The translations under genes were made by a program, and so were the position numbers. From the human T2T-CHM13v2.0 reference genome, Homo sapiens, in NCBI RefSeq assembly GCF_009914755.1, contig NC_060933.1: a DNA stretch of 64,000 bases. One strand, written 5' to 3'. Shown here piece by piece: positions 52,195 through 64,000 of this stretch (the first letter of the stretch is position 1; each line of letters starts with the position of its first letter). The notes beneath the pieces were generated by a model. That model was not told where the DNA came from, searched no databases, and saw nothing but the letters and a program-made list of their open reading frames with translations.

Positions 52195-53768
52195 GTGATG
52201 CCATGCTGTACGTGATGTTAGTACTTGGTCTTGTGTCAGAAAGATTTATCATACTATTAAATAAAAAACTCTTTTTAGCAGCTACACAATATTTCAAGGC
52301 ATATGTGTAATAACTGCTTTTAGTGATGGACATTTATGTTATTTCCAGTCATTTTCTCACTTCCAACAATGCCTCAATATTTACCTTATATGTGTCTTTC
52401 TTAGATGTACCAATATATTTGTAAACAGTATTATTAGAAGTGGGAATGTGAAGTCAAATCATATATGCATTTAAAAATTTTGCCAAATATTGCTAAATTT
52501 CTCTTCAGAGAGGATGCAGGAGCTTGTCCTTCCACCAAATCTTAGGCATTCCTTATGCTCAAGATGGTCCTTTTTCCTTCTTTGCTTGGGTTTCACCCAG
52601 CTCAGCACTGTCTATTCTTCCGCAGGGAGACAGAGTATCTCCAAAGTGTGGAGCTTCCCATGAATCTACATTTTCACCTCCTTGAATTTAATCCCTTATA
52701 CCTGAGTTACTAGAGCAAATATTGAATCCAGTATTGTGCATTACAAATAGGGTATGCTAGCCAATATATGGTAAACTTCTAGAGAGTCACAGGAATTTGG
52801 GGTGGGAGATATCACAGAGAATAAAGCATAGCCTCTCTCATGTATTGTTCAGTTTTCCTAAAAACTTTTTTTGCAAACTTACGTATCAGCTCTCAGAATT
52901 TGTAAAGCCACCTGTGCCCTATTTGATATACCCTTTGAAACTTTCTAAGGTGATTTTATTTGGGGGAATATTCTAATTAGAGACATAATTGCACAGCTAA
53001 TTGTGAATAACACTTAAATGGTAGAAGTAAGTGTTCAAAAAGGTTTTGACCTTAGAAAGTGGAGGGTGCAACAAACGCATGACAAGAAGAAGGAAGTAGT
53101 TAGATATGTACTGGTGCCTTTCTCTTTTATTCTAAAATACGTAGATCTGTTCTTAATTTGACAATTTTACCTTTTCAGTATGAACTCAAGGCCTAACTAA
53201 TGATATGACCTCCGTTCAGTGAGATACAGGAAAGGTTGTTAAAGACTTTAAAATGCCTGTGCACTTTCAGGAGAGAGAGAGAATGTACTGGCTCAGATGT
53301 TTTGAGTTCAGAGATCTGCAGCCGTTTGAAAACCCAGCGAACTGAATGGGAATAAAATTGTCCACATCAAACAAAAGCTGTCCGTAGCTTTTGTGCCTGG
53401 TCTTATCCTTTAGAGCATCAAAGAAATCCTTTTCCTCCATGGACAAAATAACCTCACATAAATCAATAAAGGAAGAGGCAGTGAGAAGAGAGCTTGCCAG
53501 ATTCAAGCAAGTAGAAGGAGCAAGGGCTGGGGAAGGTCTGATGGCAGGAGTGTAGGGGGAGAAAAGGAGATAAAATACTGATGCTATTCAAGGGACAGAG
53601 TTGGGCCATGTAAAGCATGGGTGAGGACAGCAGTTAACAGAAGGGAGACAGAGTGAAGAGAGACAGAACAAAAAGAAGACTGATGGGATTGAGAAAATGT
53701 AGGGTAAGTGGAGACAGAAAAAAAAAATCCACTAGGCTGTTTGCTACTCTCTATATTTAGTTAGATAT

Positions 53769-53909
53769 TAGAGATGGGGGTCTTACTATGTTGCCCAGGG
53801 TGGAGTGCTATGGCTATTCTCAGGTGCCATAATAACACACTATGGCCTCAAACCCCTGGGCTCAAGCAATTCTCCCATTTCAACCTCCCAAGGAGCTGGG
53901 ACTACAGGC
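53769..53909 (-). mobile_element. FAM (fossil Alu monomer)
   Basis: Contains the FAM-type segment ggctattctcaggtgccataataacacacta (antisense of ...gcgcctgtgaatagcc), which dimeric Alus lack. Confidence 0.75.
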
Positions 53910-53914
53910 TTTTG

Positions 53915-54200
53915 ATACATTTTTACTGAATACCTATTATAGGTGCAGGACTCTGAGACTGAGCACCTCCTTGAGAGTTATGATCCACTGTAGCCCTGGC
54001 CCTAGTATCTAATATGTTCTGGCACTGTCCCAGGCCCTGGTGACATAGTGCTTAACAAGACACAACCCTCGTTCCAAATGGAGAAAACAGAAGGAAGGTC
54101 AGTAGGCAATTATAAGCCAGTGTGATACAACCTTTGAGAGGAGGTACTCGGGGTTACAAGAACACACAATAGGGGCACTTAACCTCCTCCAGGAGAAACT
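53915..54200 (-). mobile_element. L2 3' fragments
   Basis: tttactgaatacctattat...ctggcactgtcccaggccctggtgacatagtgcttaacaagacac. Confidence 0.65.
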
Positions 54201-57200
54201 AGAGTTGGGATAGAGACTAAGGAAATGGAAAGACAACAAAGCAAGAGCAGACTAACATTTCCTCATGGTTTATGTAGATAAGGAAAATGATGATGATAAT
54301 TATAACAGCTAATGTCTGTTTTTAAGGCACTGCCTTTAGTGTTCTCTCTCCTGATCTAGGTTCTCACAGATATTATCTCATATTAACACAGCAGTATTGA
54401 GTAATAGCTATTATTGACACATTCTGAATGTGAGTAAATTCCATATTTGAGTTAGATAATTTTCTCAAATTCACAGAATGTGAACCCATCCATGTTCATC
54501 TTGCATCTAAGACTATGGTCTTTCCATTACACTATGTTGCTAAGAGGAGAAGGGAGGGAAGATCAATAGAAGGTGAGAGGATGGGAAGTGTGCAAGAGAA
54601 GAGAGGAAAGAAACATAATGAAGAATGAAGTTGGTTCTTAGAAGAAGGCAGGCCCCAGGTGAGGAATGGAGGCAGTGAGTTAATGAGCAGCGTGGGCAAG
54701 GATGATAAGGTCGTGCAGACGTAAGAAAGTTGCAGGTGAACTAAAAGGTCTGAGTGTATGCTATGGAAGAAACGGATACAGTAGATGCAAAGAGACCATG
54801 AGAAAGGGAAGGAGAAGCAGCACAGTTGAGAGATCCCAGGATCAAATAGCAACCATGAAGAGCCCCAGTGGATTTTACAAAACTGGCCCACTTAGGCACT
54901 TAACTTGGATTTCTCTGACTCTGGCCTCTCCACAGAAGCCAACATCATCTCTGGCCCTTGAAGTCCCCAAGACAGAGAGGTAATACAAGGCCTGAGATGT
55001 GAGCTGAGGCGTCACTGTTGGTCTGTCTAGCCAACATCAGCACTGCGAACACAAAGCTCTGCCTTTCCTGAAAAAAAAAACAAAAAAAAAAACAAAAACA
55101 GTGGAAAGGATTGCATAACACTAAGGAGAAAGAAAAGAAGAAAAGAATGTAGGTCAGAGGGGAGCCACTGGGTCCAGGCTGTAGAATTACAGAGAATTTT
55201 CAAGACCAATCTTTTATTTTATAGATGGGAAAACTGAGGCTCAGGAAGAACAGAAGTCCTGCTCTAGGTCTCTCAGCAAATTGAGGCCAAAGCCAAACCC
55301 CATTCCGTACTTCTCCCAGTGTGCTCTCTGCCACCCTATCTGTGAGAGGAAGGGGAACAAGAGGCCCAGGGAATGCAGGCAGCTGGATAATTGAAAGAAT
55401 GTTAAGGGCCAGCTTGTTCTTCTGCAGTTCCCCATGGCAGGGGCATTCACCGCAGGCAGAGCCCATTCAGGAAGCTCAGGTTGTAAGAGACTGTGGGTTT
55501 AAGCAGGTGCTGCTATTTCTGTTCTGCTCCCTGTCTATTTTCAACCACAGGATGCCGTAGGAAGGACTTGTGAAACAGCAGCTTTGCTGTTCCTTCATTC
55601 TTTCCTTCCCCAATTCGGTCTCCCCTTCTGCAAACCACAACTCCAACTCTGGCTTATTCCTGTAGATAAGGGTGCTCCAACCCTTCACAGGCTGATCTGG
55701 GATGATGTGCTGCCTGTCTTGGATGAGTCACTCTGGCTTATGTAGGAAAAGGTAAGGAGGCAACCTCATATGAGCTTTCTGTGAAGGCACCCTGGAGATC
55801 ACTCAAACTAATATCTTTAAGCTTCCCAGCAGCTGGGGCTCAATATATGTTTGCTGAGTCAATGAATGGATGAATGAATAAATGAATGACTAAAGATTGA
55901 AGCACTTCTCTTTAATTTATAAGTGAGAACACTTAAGGCCAATAAGTGAAAAGATTTTCCAAATGTTTTGCAAGTGAATGATAGTGCCAAAACTAGAAGC
56001 AGGTCTTCTGAAGAAGCTCAGGGAGCAGGGATGGGGTCATGACACAGCTATGCCATAATAAACCATGAAGGTAATGTTTGATCTAAATCCCTCAGGCTCA
56101 ATCTATGCTAGTGAGTTCAGAAGTAAATCAAGAGGAAAATCCAGGCATGAGAAAGCCCCAGAGGCAGGAAAGTACATGAGTGCATGAACTCCTTGGATCC
56201 ACCATAAGAGGTCCATGCTCACAAGGTGAGGCAGGGTCAGGTGTGTAGAGGGAGTTGTAGGTTCCACTAAGCAAGAAAGCTCCATGTATGCTGCAAGAAA
56301 GTCAACCCTATGAAATTGCCAAGCTGAATTTCCAAAAGAGCCAAAAACAGGAAAGGATATCAAGGACAGGAAAAATGAAGCAGGATAATGAAAGGGAGAG
56401 AAAAATGAGAGAAATTGTGGGTTCTTCCAGAATCAATGAATCTCACAAAGAAATTGCCAGTGAGACCAGCAGCATGTGCGCTAGGCAATCACGAGAAATA
56501 ATATGAAAGAAAGATAATTTAGAAAGAGCAGTTGATATCAGAAGCGCTATTTGAAGAGGAGTTTTCCTTTAAAAGGGTGCAAAGGAAAGGGTGGTCTAGT
56601 GGGCTGACCTGCTCTTCTGGCCCAATGAGAACAGAGAACACACAGGTGCTTCTTCCCCTGAATTATCTCTGAGCTTGAGTAAGAGCTCACGGTAGAACTG
56701 GGAAGGGCTGGAATTATCTCTGTAGCAAGAGGGATCTTCTTGAAAATCAACCTCAGTGAAAAACGGCAACAGGTAATTCCAGAAGAGCTTTTGTTTGTTT
56801 CCCTAAAGTAACTGTAGAAGAATTAAATCCATACTTGAGAGGGCAGCACATCACTGTTTTATAGGAGGTATGATCTGGTGTGGTACAAAGTGCATTAGAT
56901 GAATATGCTCTGCTTTTAGTTCTATCCGTGGATTTGCGAGAAATCACTTTCTGCCTTGAAGCCTCAGTTTTCCTATCTATAAAATACTAGTGCTTTATAA
57001 GATTTTTGAAGTCGTAACCTACTTTATTTTGTCTCTATTTCTCCTTTGTAAATATTTACAACATCTTTCATTCCTTCTTACTGTGGGAAATCACTGGGGG
57101 TAGAAAAATCACTTCTTTTTTAATTACTTTTACCTGGGTAATAAGGGCGAGGCTCTTCAAAAAGAGAACCAGGAGCTCTGGGAGGAAACCAGTTTAGACA

Positions 57201-58578
57201 CGTGTTGGTTATTGCTTAATAATTAGTCAGACTCTGAGGTCCTTAAAACAAAAACACGATGATGTTGAGATGATTCTGGATGCTTTTACATTTTAGTTCC
57301 TGGCAAGGCCCCTTCCTCGTATGCATAGGCAAAACTGCTTCTTTAACCAAGGTCAGGTTAAATGGACTGGACGTGGACAGCTCTGCATTTGGCTGCAAGC
57401 CACTCAGAGCTCAATAACTATTGCATTTCGTCCTGTGAACTTTGTGACTGAGGTCGGTTTCACATTTCTTTATGAGCGCTCTTTCTGCAAATGCCTTTCC
57501 TCACAAAGAGCATTTCTAAAGGTTGAATATGGTGATTAGTGACACATACACACTTAATCTTCTCCAGTCTTTCCCTGTCTGTGGCTCCCCTCCGTGCTTT
57601 TAGTCCTTCGAGTTTTATGCCTGTATCAAGGAAATGTTTTCATCTGTCTCACTGCTATTTTCTTTTCTGTCTTATAAATCCTTAAAGAAATGTAGTATGA
57701 GTGAATTTAGTGAGAGGCTGGATGGATGGCTCCAGAGAATGAATTCTCTTCATCTGAAGAACAGTCTCTATACACAGAGAAGCAAATAGCATCTTCCAAT
57801 TCTGTCAATGTGATTATTAAGCATGTATAGAGCTTTTCCCTCTTTCACTATAACAGTTACAAGCAGTTTAATTAGTTGGTTTTCACCCCAGTGTTGTAAA
57901 GATAGATGATTCAATTTATCCCCTCTTAGATTAAATGCGCATTTGAACCCAAGCACTCTGATAGAGTACCTAGAGTGCTCGGCTTGGTGTCAAATGCCCT
58001 GGGTTAATCTTTGGGGCCTGCAGTCTTTAAGCGACATGACCTACTACAAATCAGTTCATGATTCAGGGTCAAAAAAAAAAAAAAAAGCACGTTGTGACAC
58101 CAACAGAGCATGCATTCTCAATGACAGTGAGACAGTCTGCTTCCCCAAGGGGGTGATGATTGGTTCTTATAAAAAGAAAAAAAAATCTTCCTCTTTTTAT
58201 ATACAAAGCATGGACTTGCATAATGCATAGAAACAGATATTCAGCATATCTGTGGTATTAAAATTTTATAGAAAGGGGGGGCAATTAGGAAAAAAAAGTC
58301 TAAAATTTCTCCTCAGGAGGTATAGTAATGAAAAAAGTTGAGAAACCATGAAACAGAACAGGGATGGAATATTCTTTGAGCACCTACTGTGTTGCAGCCC
58401 TGATGCTACCATTAAGCCTCACAACAACGCTGTAAGGGAGCTGTGGATAAGTGTCTTTATTTAATACGAGATTCAGGATAGGAGGCAACTCAGATAATAT
58501 GTGCCAAATACCTTTTAGCAATAAAGTTCTATACAAATATAAGATGTTATTTCAGGTATTAGTAATTTCTTAATGCTG

Positions 58579-59126
58579 TATATAGCAGTTAGCAATTGTT
58601 GTGAAATAAACTACCCAAAGCTAATGACTTAAAACAATAACCATTAGTTTAGCTCACCATTCTGTTGGTCGGCAAATTGATGTGGGTTCAGCTGAGCAGT
58701 TCTGGGATTGGCCAGGCTCCCTCACAGACCTGCGGTAAGCGACTGGTCATTCAGGCAGCTCTGCTCCTGCAGGTTGGCTGGCTATTGGCTGTAGCAATGG
58801 GGATGCCTAGGACTAGTGCCTATCTAGATCCAGAAGGACAGCCCCACTTTGTATTCCCAGGGTAGCAGCAGGGTTCCAAGAGACCAGCTGAAGTGGAAAA
58901 GACCTCTTGAGGTCTAGGCTTAAAACCAACACAGTCATTTCAACTATAAAACATTTGTCCAGAGCAAATCCCAAGGCCAACACAGTTTTCATGCAGTAGA
59001 AGGAATTACATTTCTTGATGGGAGAGGCTACAAAGCCACATTGCACAGGTTGTGAATGAATGAAGGTGAATTGCAAAGGGTATGAATGAATTGCAGGCTT
59101 TAGGATAAACAGTCTTTCTTATCACA
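58579..59126 (-). mobile_element. MLT1 (F/G/H-like) LTR
   Basis: aaactacccaaagctaatgacttaaaacaataaccatt...gggttcagctgagcagttct...ctcttgaggtctaggct...gatgggagaggctacaaagccacattgca. Confidence 0.8.
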
Positions 59127-62100
59127 CTAAACAGGTATCATAGTCACTGGCTTGTCTATCTTGGGACCAAAAACATACGTTTAAAACAGTAAATGATGAT
59201 ACGAATATTAATTGTTACCATCCTCTGGCTTTTCATTGTTAAACCATACTTGGAATGTGCGAGCAAAAGAGCGGACACAACATCCCCTTATATGAATGTT
59301 ATGGGATAGTGGCAAAACAAGCACTTGCTAAATAGCTCCAGAAGAGTTTAAGAGATACAGTCCTTTTCCGAAGCTTGCTTTAAAGACCTTCTTTTTGAGA
59401 AAGGCAGTCTAATAGACATGCTAACTAGCCATTCATCTCAAGTTCCCAAGTTTTATTCAAGCATTAAGTTGGGGCATCAAAAAGTCGGTGCTTGGACACC
59501 ATTATATCAGCTTTGCACAAAATTGCCTGCCTGAGTTATGATTTAATGTCATACCCTCTGCCTTTATGGAGGGTTAGTATGTGAGTCACCCAAGAGAAGA
59601 ATATTTCTATATCTTTTGTAAAATTCTGGTTGTAGATAAAGTGCACTGAATTATCTTTGTATTTCCTTTACATATAGGTGTACATGCTAAATTTCTGGTT
59701 GGGTTAAGATCCAGAAAGAATTGTCTCTGTTGATGAATTTGTATGTTTTCTGTTATTGTGTAATTTCAAATGTTTCTTTTTATAGCTTAGCTGCTAGAAA
59801 ATAAACTAATTGTCGTTGTACTATAATCTTGTCAACTGAAGTGTCTGAAAGTGCCAATTCTATCTGCTTTTTCTCAAATGCATTTTCAAATAACCTTATA
59901 TGTTATTTCTCCTTACTTGCCTTAACTGCTAAGTCACCTTAAGCTATTTCAAAAGAAGTCAAAGGATATATTTAAAATATCTTTGTTTTTTAAGTGAACT
60001 AGTGTCCTGGGGAGATGTTTGCATAATTATAAGTTTGAGTTTGAAAGATTAGCCCTTCAGATGCTATTGTTAATCACTCTATGTACAAAGACTATGTTAA
60101 GCTGCTTCCACATGGATGGGGGCGCCTGGGTTTTGCTCTTTGATCCTGATAATTTTGCTTTCCTGAATTGTGGTTATCTGCATTGAAGAGTCTTTCTGCT
60201 GAGTTATGCTTTTTTTCTATAACAATATACATCTTTTTTTAGATATAGCAATATTATATTTACTAGAATCACCAACTATATTTAATGATACACGATTGAG
60301 CTAAAGATTTAAAGTGCCGTGAAACTTCCCTAGCTTTAAGTTGGTATTCCCTTTGATAATCTTCATGTTGGTCACAACTTCTAAAATGCAACTACATTTC
60401 TGATTGTCATTAGTTCAGCAACTCTAGGGAGCTACTCTAAACTTGAATTCAGATCAGTTAAGTGTTAAACCCTATCCCTAGTGTTTGCTGCTGTTTCCTG
60501 TGGGTTTTCATCATAGTGGCCAATAAATATTTACTGAGTGACAGAATAAGTGTTCAGTCTACATCTTTGTCACTGTCAGGGAGATTCCTGGCCACTCTGG
60601 CCAAACAATCTCAATCATGCTATGGGCTTGAAATTACATGCTTTACAAGTTGGTTGCAAAAACTGGGTAAGATGATGGCCATAAAAAGCTGCAGTGAATT
60701 ATGAAACATTGTAGATGTGGACGTGCATGAGAAAGAATCCTCTTCCTCTTTGGCTTCCTCTTCTTCCTCATCTCTAACATTGTCTTATCATCATAACTCA
60801 TGGTTGTATTCTGAAAACAGACTCAAGATATTGTCCTCTAGAGCTGTTTTTGGAGCAATGTGCAAGAATGTTCTGAAAGTTCACTGATTAAAGCACACCT
60901 GTACAAGGAGGCCTTCTACATCCAGGTCAGCTCCACCCTAGACTGGTTCAGTGAAAGCCGAAGATGCTTACAAATATGAGTCCTGCTGTTACATTGCTTC
61001 AGCTCTACAGCTACATTGAGTCTGTTATGCCCTTTGGTTGAAGGAAGCATGCAACATTTCTCTTTCATTGTCATATGCCATCAATTTCTTCCCATTTGGG
61101 GGAGTATGGAAGCAGGGGAGATGGTGATGAGGGAGAAGGCGAGAGAGACACACAAAGACAAAAGCACCCAAGACATGTTTTATTACATCACTATGCAATC
61201 TAATGGGCACTAAACTGACATCGAAACAGAGAAAAAGGTCTAAAATAATAATAATTAATAATAAAGTTATTTATGTATTAAATAAAGCTAGAGTAGGATA
61301 CAGACAATGAAGTCACAACTGGGGAATTATGGAGGCTTTCAGGGGATATCTGAGACCCATGGGCTGCTCCTCAGTGGTAGGAAGGAAATATCTGAGACTA
61401 TGAAAAGAGCACTAGATTTTTAGAGTCCTGGATCCTAACCTTGGGTAAGACTTCATAGCTCTTTGAACCTCAGTTTCTTTTATCTGTAAACTCAAAGTTT
61501 AATACAAGGTGGGCTCTAAGATTTCATTCAAGCCTCAAAGGCCATGATTCTGTCCATAAATTTGTGACAACAAACACCACATGTTTTTGGTGACCACAAC
61601 ATCTCAAATTCTATCTCGAATTTGAGATAGAATAAGTGGATGCAAAGAGTTGCAGTCCAGTCACTCTAAAGTTAACTCTTTCTTAGTTATTTTTAATGTG
61701 ACATTCGTATATTTTTCTAGCTTCTGAAAGGGCCTCTGTGTTTATCTCACTTACAGTGATTGTTAAAAGGTATGGGCCAGGAAGAAGGGGCTTGCCTCTT
61801 AGGGACCCCGTCAGAGACTTGGGCAGAGCTAGTTGGAAAAATACATTTTAATAAAATTGTCATTAATTTTGTGTTTAGTCACAGCATGTATTTATCAAAA
61901 GAAAACACAAACTTCAGTTAAAAATCAGAAACTGAGCACATACGACATCACATTGAAAAATGTTTGTGTCTTTCTCTTGCATAAACCTACAGCCTGCTCC
62001 TCACTGGTAGTAAGGAAGCAGGATTATTTTTTAACACTTTATCATCAGCCTGACTGATGATGGATTCCCAATATTGGTGGAAATGAACTGAATCCCTCTT

Positions 62101-63489
62101 ATCTGTTTCCTAAGTGAAAGTCTATTTGAAAAATAAGGCCACTCTGTTTATGTGAAGCAGGGGATGAAGAGAGTAAGCAGGGAAGATCCTTAATCTGCAA
62201 AGTTCTTTATCTTGCATTTTTTTTCCTCTCAAATGCCTTTGCAGAGAGATGGATTTTTTGGTAGCTATAAAGTTAGAAAAACACACTGTGAAATATTTAA
62301 CATATAATCATTTTACACTATACAGTTCATCAATAAAAGCAGTAATGGAGAGTTGTGTAATAAATTAAATATGAATGTAGTTGGAAGTAACAGTGGTTCC
62401 AGGCATCAGCTACATGTCCCATTAGAGCCAAGGCAGACAGCGTAATATTTGTTGAATAAACAGTTACTATTGACAAGCAGAAAAGGGGGAGGGCAAACAA
62501 TCAAGAAATGTCATTTTGATTTTTTAAAAAGTAAAGAAAATATATTCATTTACCCTCTATTACGAATACATCAGAATTATGCTGATTTTCAATAAGACAA
62601 ACACTTATTAAGGCAAAAATTAGGTTGAATCATCACGAACTACTATTTATATAGGTCAAAAATAGTTGGATATTTTGGAATGTTCACATGCTTTAACCTA
62701 AAACTATGTATATAAAGCAGTGCTAGTCACTGCAATTTCAAAGATGAATATAGTCTTTATTATATTATTATATTCTATTTTATTCCCTTGAGAATGTGAA
62801 CAGGCTTATCAAAATATTCATAATAAAATGAAAAAATACAAATTGATTAAAATAAGAGAATCTAAAACTTGTATGGAAATTCAAGATCAGGCAAGAACCC
62901 TATGTTCTTACCAGTTATTAAAATGGATACAAAATATGACTCTGAGCATTCTAGCAGCCAAGACAAGGTAGAAGTAAAAAGAATACTGGTTTTGCACATA
63001 AGTAAAAAGCCTACAAAAAGAAGATTTATGGCACAGAGGTCTGAGTAACACATGGAAATGAGGGATAGATTGAATTAAAAAATACTTTTAGTACCAGGAC
63101 ATGAAATCATCTAGTAGCATTTTGTTGTTATTTTGGTTGTGGTGGTGTTTTTCATATTTATTTGTTTGTTCTTTTTTAATTTTCAGATGAGATACCAGAG
63201 AATGAGGATCAAATGTGAGGGTTTTAGAGGAAAAAATGTGGGGAAAGTATCATTTGATTGTACTCTCAAAAGTGTATTAAAAAGCCTGTGATACCTAAAG
63301 AACAACACCTAGAAACAGGAAAGCTAGAAAGTGGTAGGCTATTGTGAGAAAAAAAATTAGAAATGACCCAGAGATTTACACCTGCCCCTCACTAAAAGGA
63401 CTGGGGAGGAGACACGAGATCAGGCCAACAAGATAAGGAAATCAGCTCTGTGCTGGCCATTTTAAAAAGAAAATTGTATAAGGTAATGG

Positions 63490-63720
63490 TATTAACAAAT
63501 ATTGTATTTAGTATATGCCAGACACGATTCTGAGTACTTCACATACATTGACTCATTAAATTCTTACAATAACCTTTTGAGGTAGGAAATACATTCACAT
63601 TTTACAGATGAGGAAACTGAAGCATGAACAGTTACATAACTTTCCCAAGACCACCCAGCTAGCAAGTGCCAGACCTAGGTTTCAAAGCTGGCAGTTCAAA
63701 GCCTATGCTGTCAATGGCTG
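63490..63720 (-). mobile_element. MIR
   Basis: cattttacagatgaggaaactgaagc...cccaagaccacccagctagcaagtgccagacc. Confidence 0.82.
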
Positions 63721-64000
63721 TGTCAGTGGTGATCTTGGGTAAGTTCTGCCTCTCTTGTATCTGCTATCTTTCATGTCTATAGGCCTTTAGGAGACTTACC
63801 AAAAAATTCAACATGTATTCAGTTGCACCCACAATGCACACATGTAGGCAACAAATGGTTTGTCAACTGGAAGAAGAGACATTCATATGACAAGGTGTTG
63901 TCAGAGAATGGCACAATAGAATACAACTCAAGGGATTGTGAAATGTGGTGGTAAAAAGCAAGGGCTCTGAAGCTAGAGAGATGGTTTGACTCCTTGTAAT

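Overview
This is AT-rich, CpG-depleted human non-coding DNA, either a large intron or intergenic. An AluYb8 copy, a human-specific subfamily, fixes the species. I cannot identify the locus or host gene. No protein-coding exon, RNA gene, CpG island or CRISPR-like array is supported. The ORF track is explained by Alu, L1 and LTR read-through, microsatellites or chance, and only the L1 ORF2 C-terminal remnants are protein-derived. The window is a layered record of transposable elements: ancient MIR and L2; hAT and Tigger DNA transposon relics (MER58A, MER20, MER63, MER81, MER2, Tigger3); MaLR and ERVL LTRs (MLT1, MLT2, MST, THE1); L1s of several ages; and Alus from FAM to AluYb8. The most notable structures are (1) an old L1MA with twin-priming 5'-inversion geometry, TSD and priming microhomology, (2) an apparently two-LTR MLT1J-type element, (3) an AluY nested in a 5'-truncated AluSp with both TSDs readable, (4) a young AluYb8, (5) an Alu with a localized substitution cluster over its B box, (6) a (GC)10-(AC)14 Z-DNA-prone tract abutting an MST LTR, and (7) several motif-dense unique segments and splice-site-bounded candidate non-coding exons. 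I found no convincing evidence of a new biological system. Repeat subfamily calls come from recall of consensus sequences, and boundaries of old elements are approximate.
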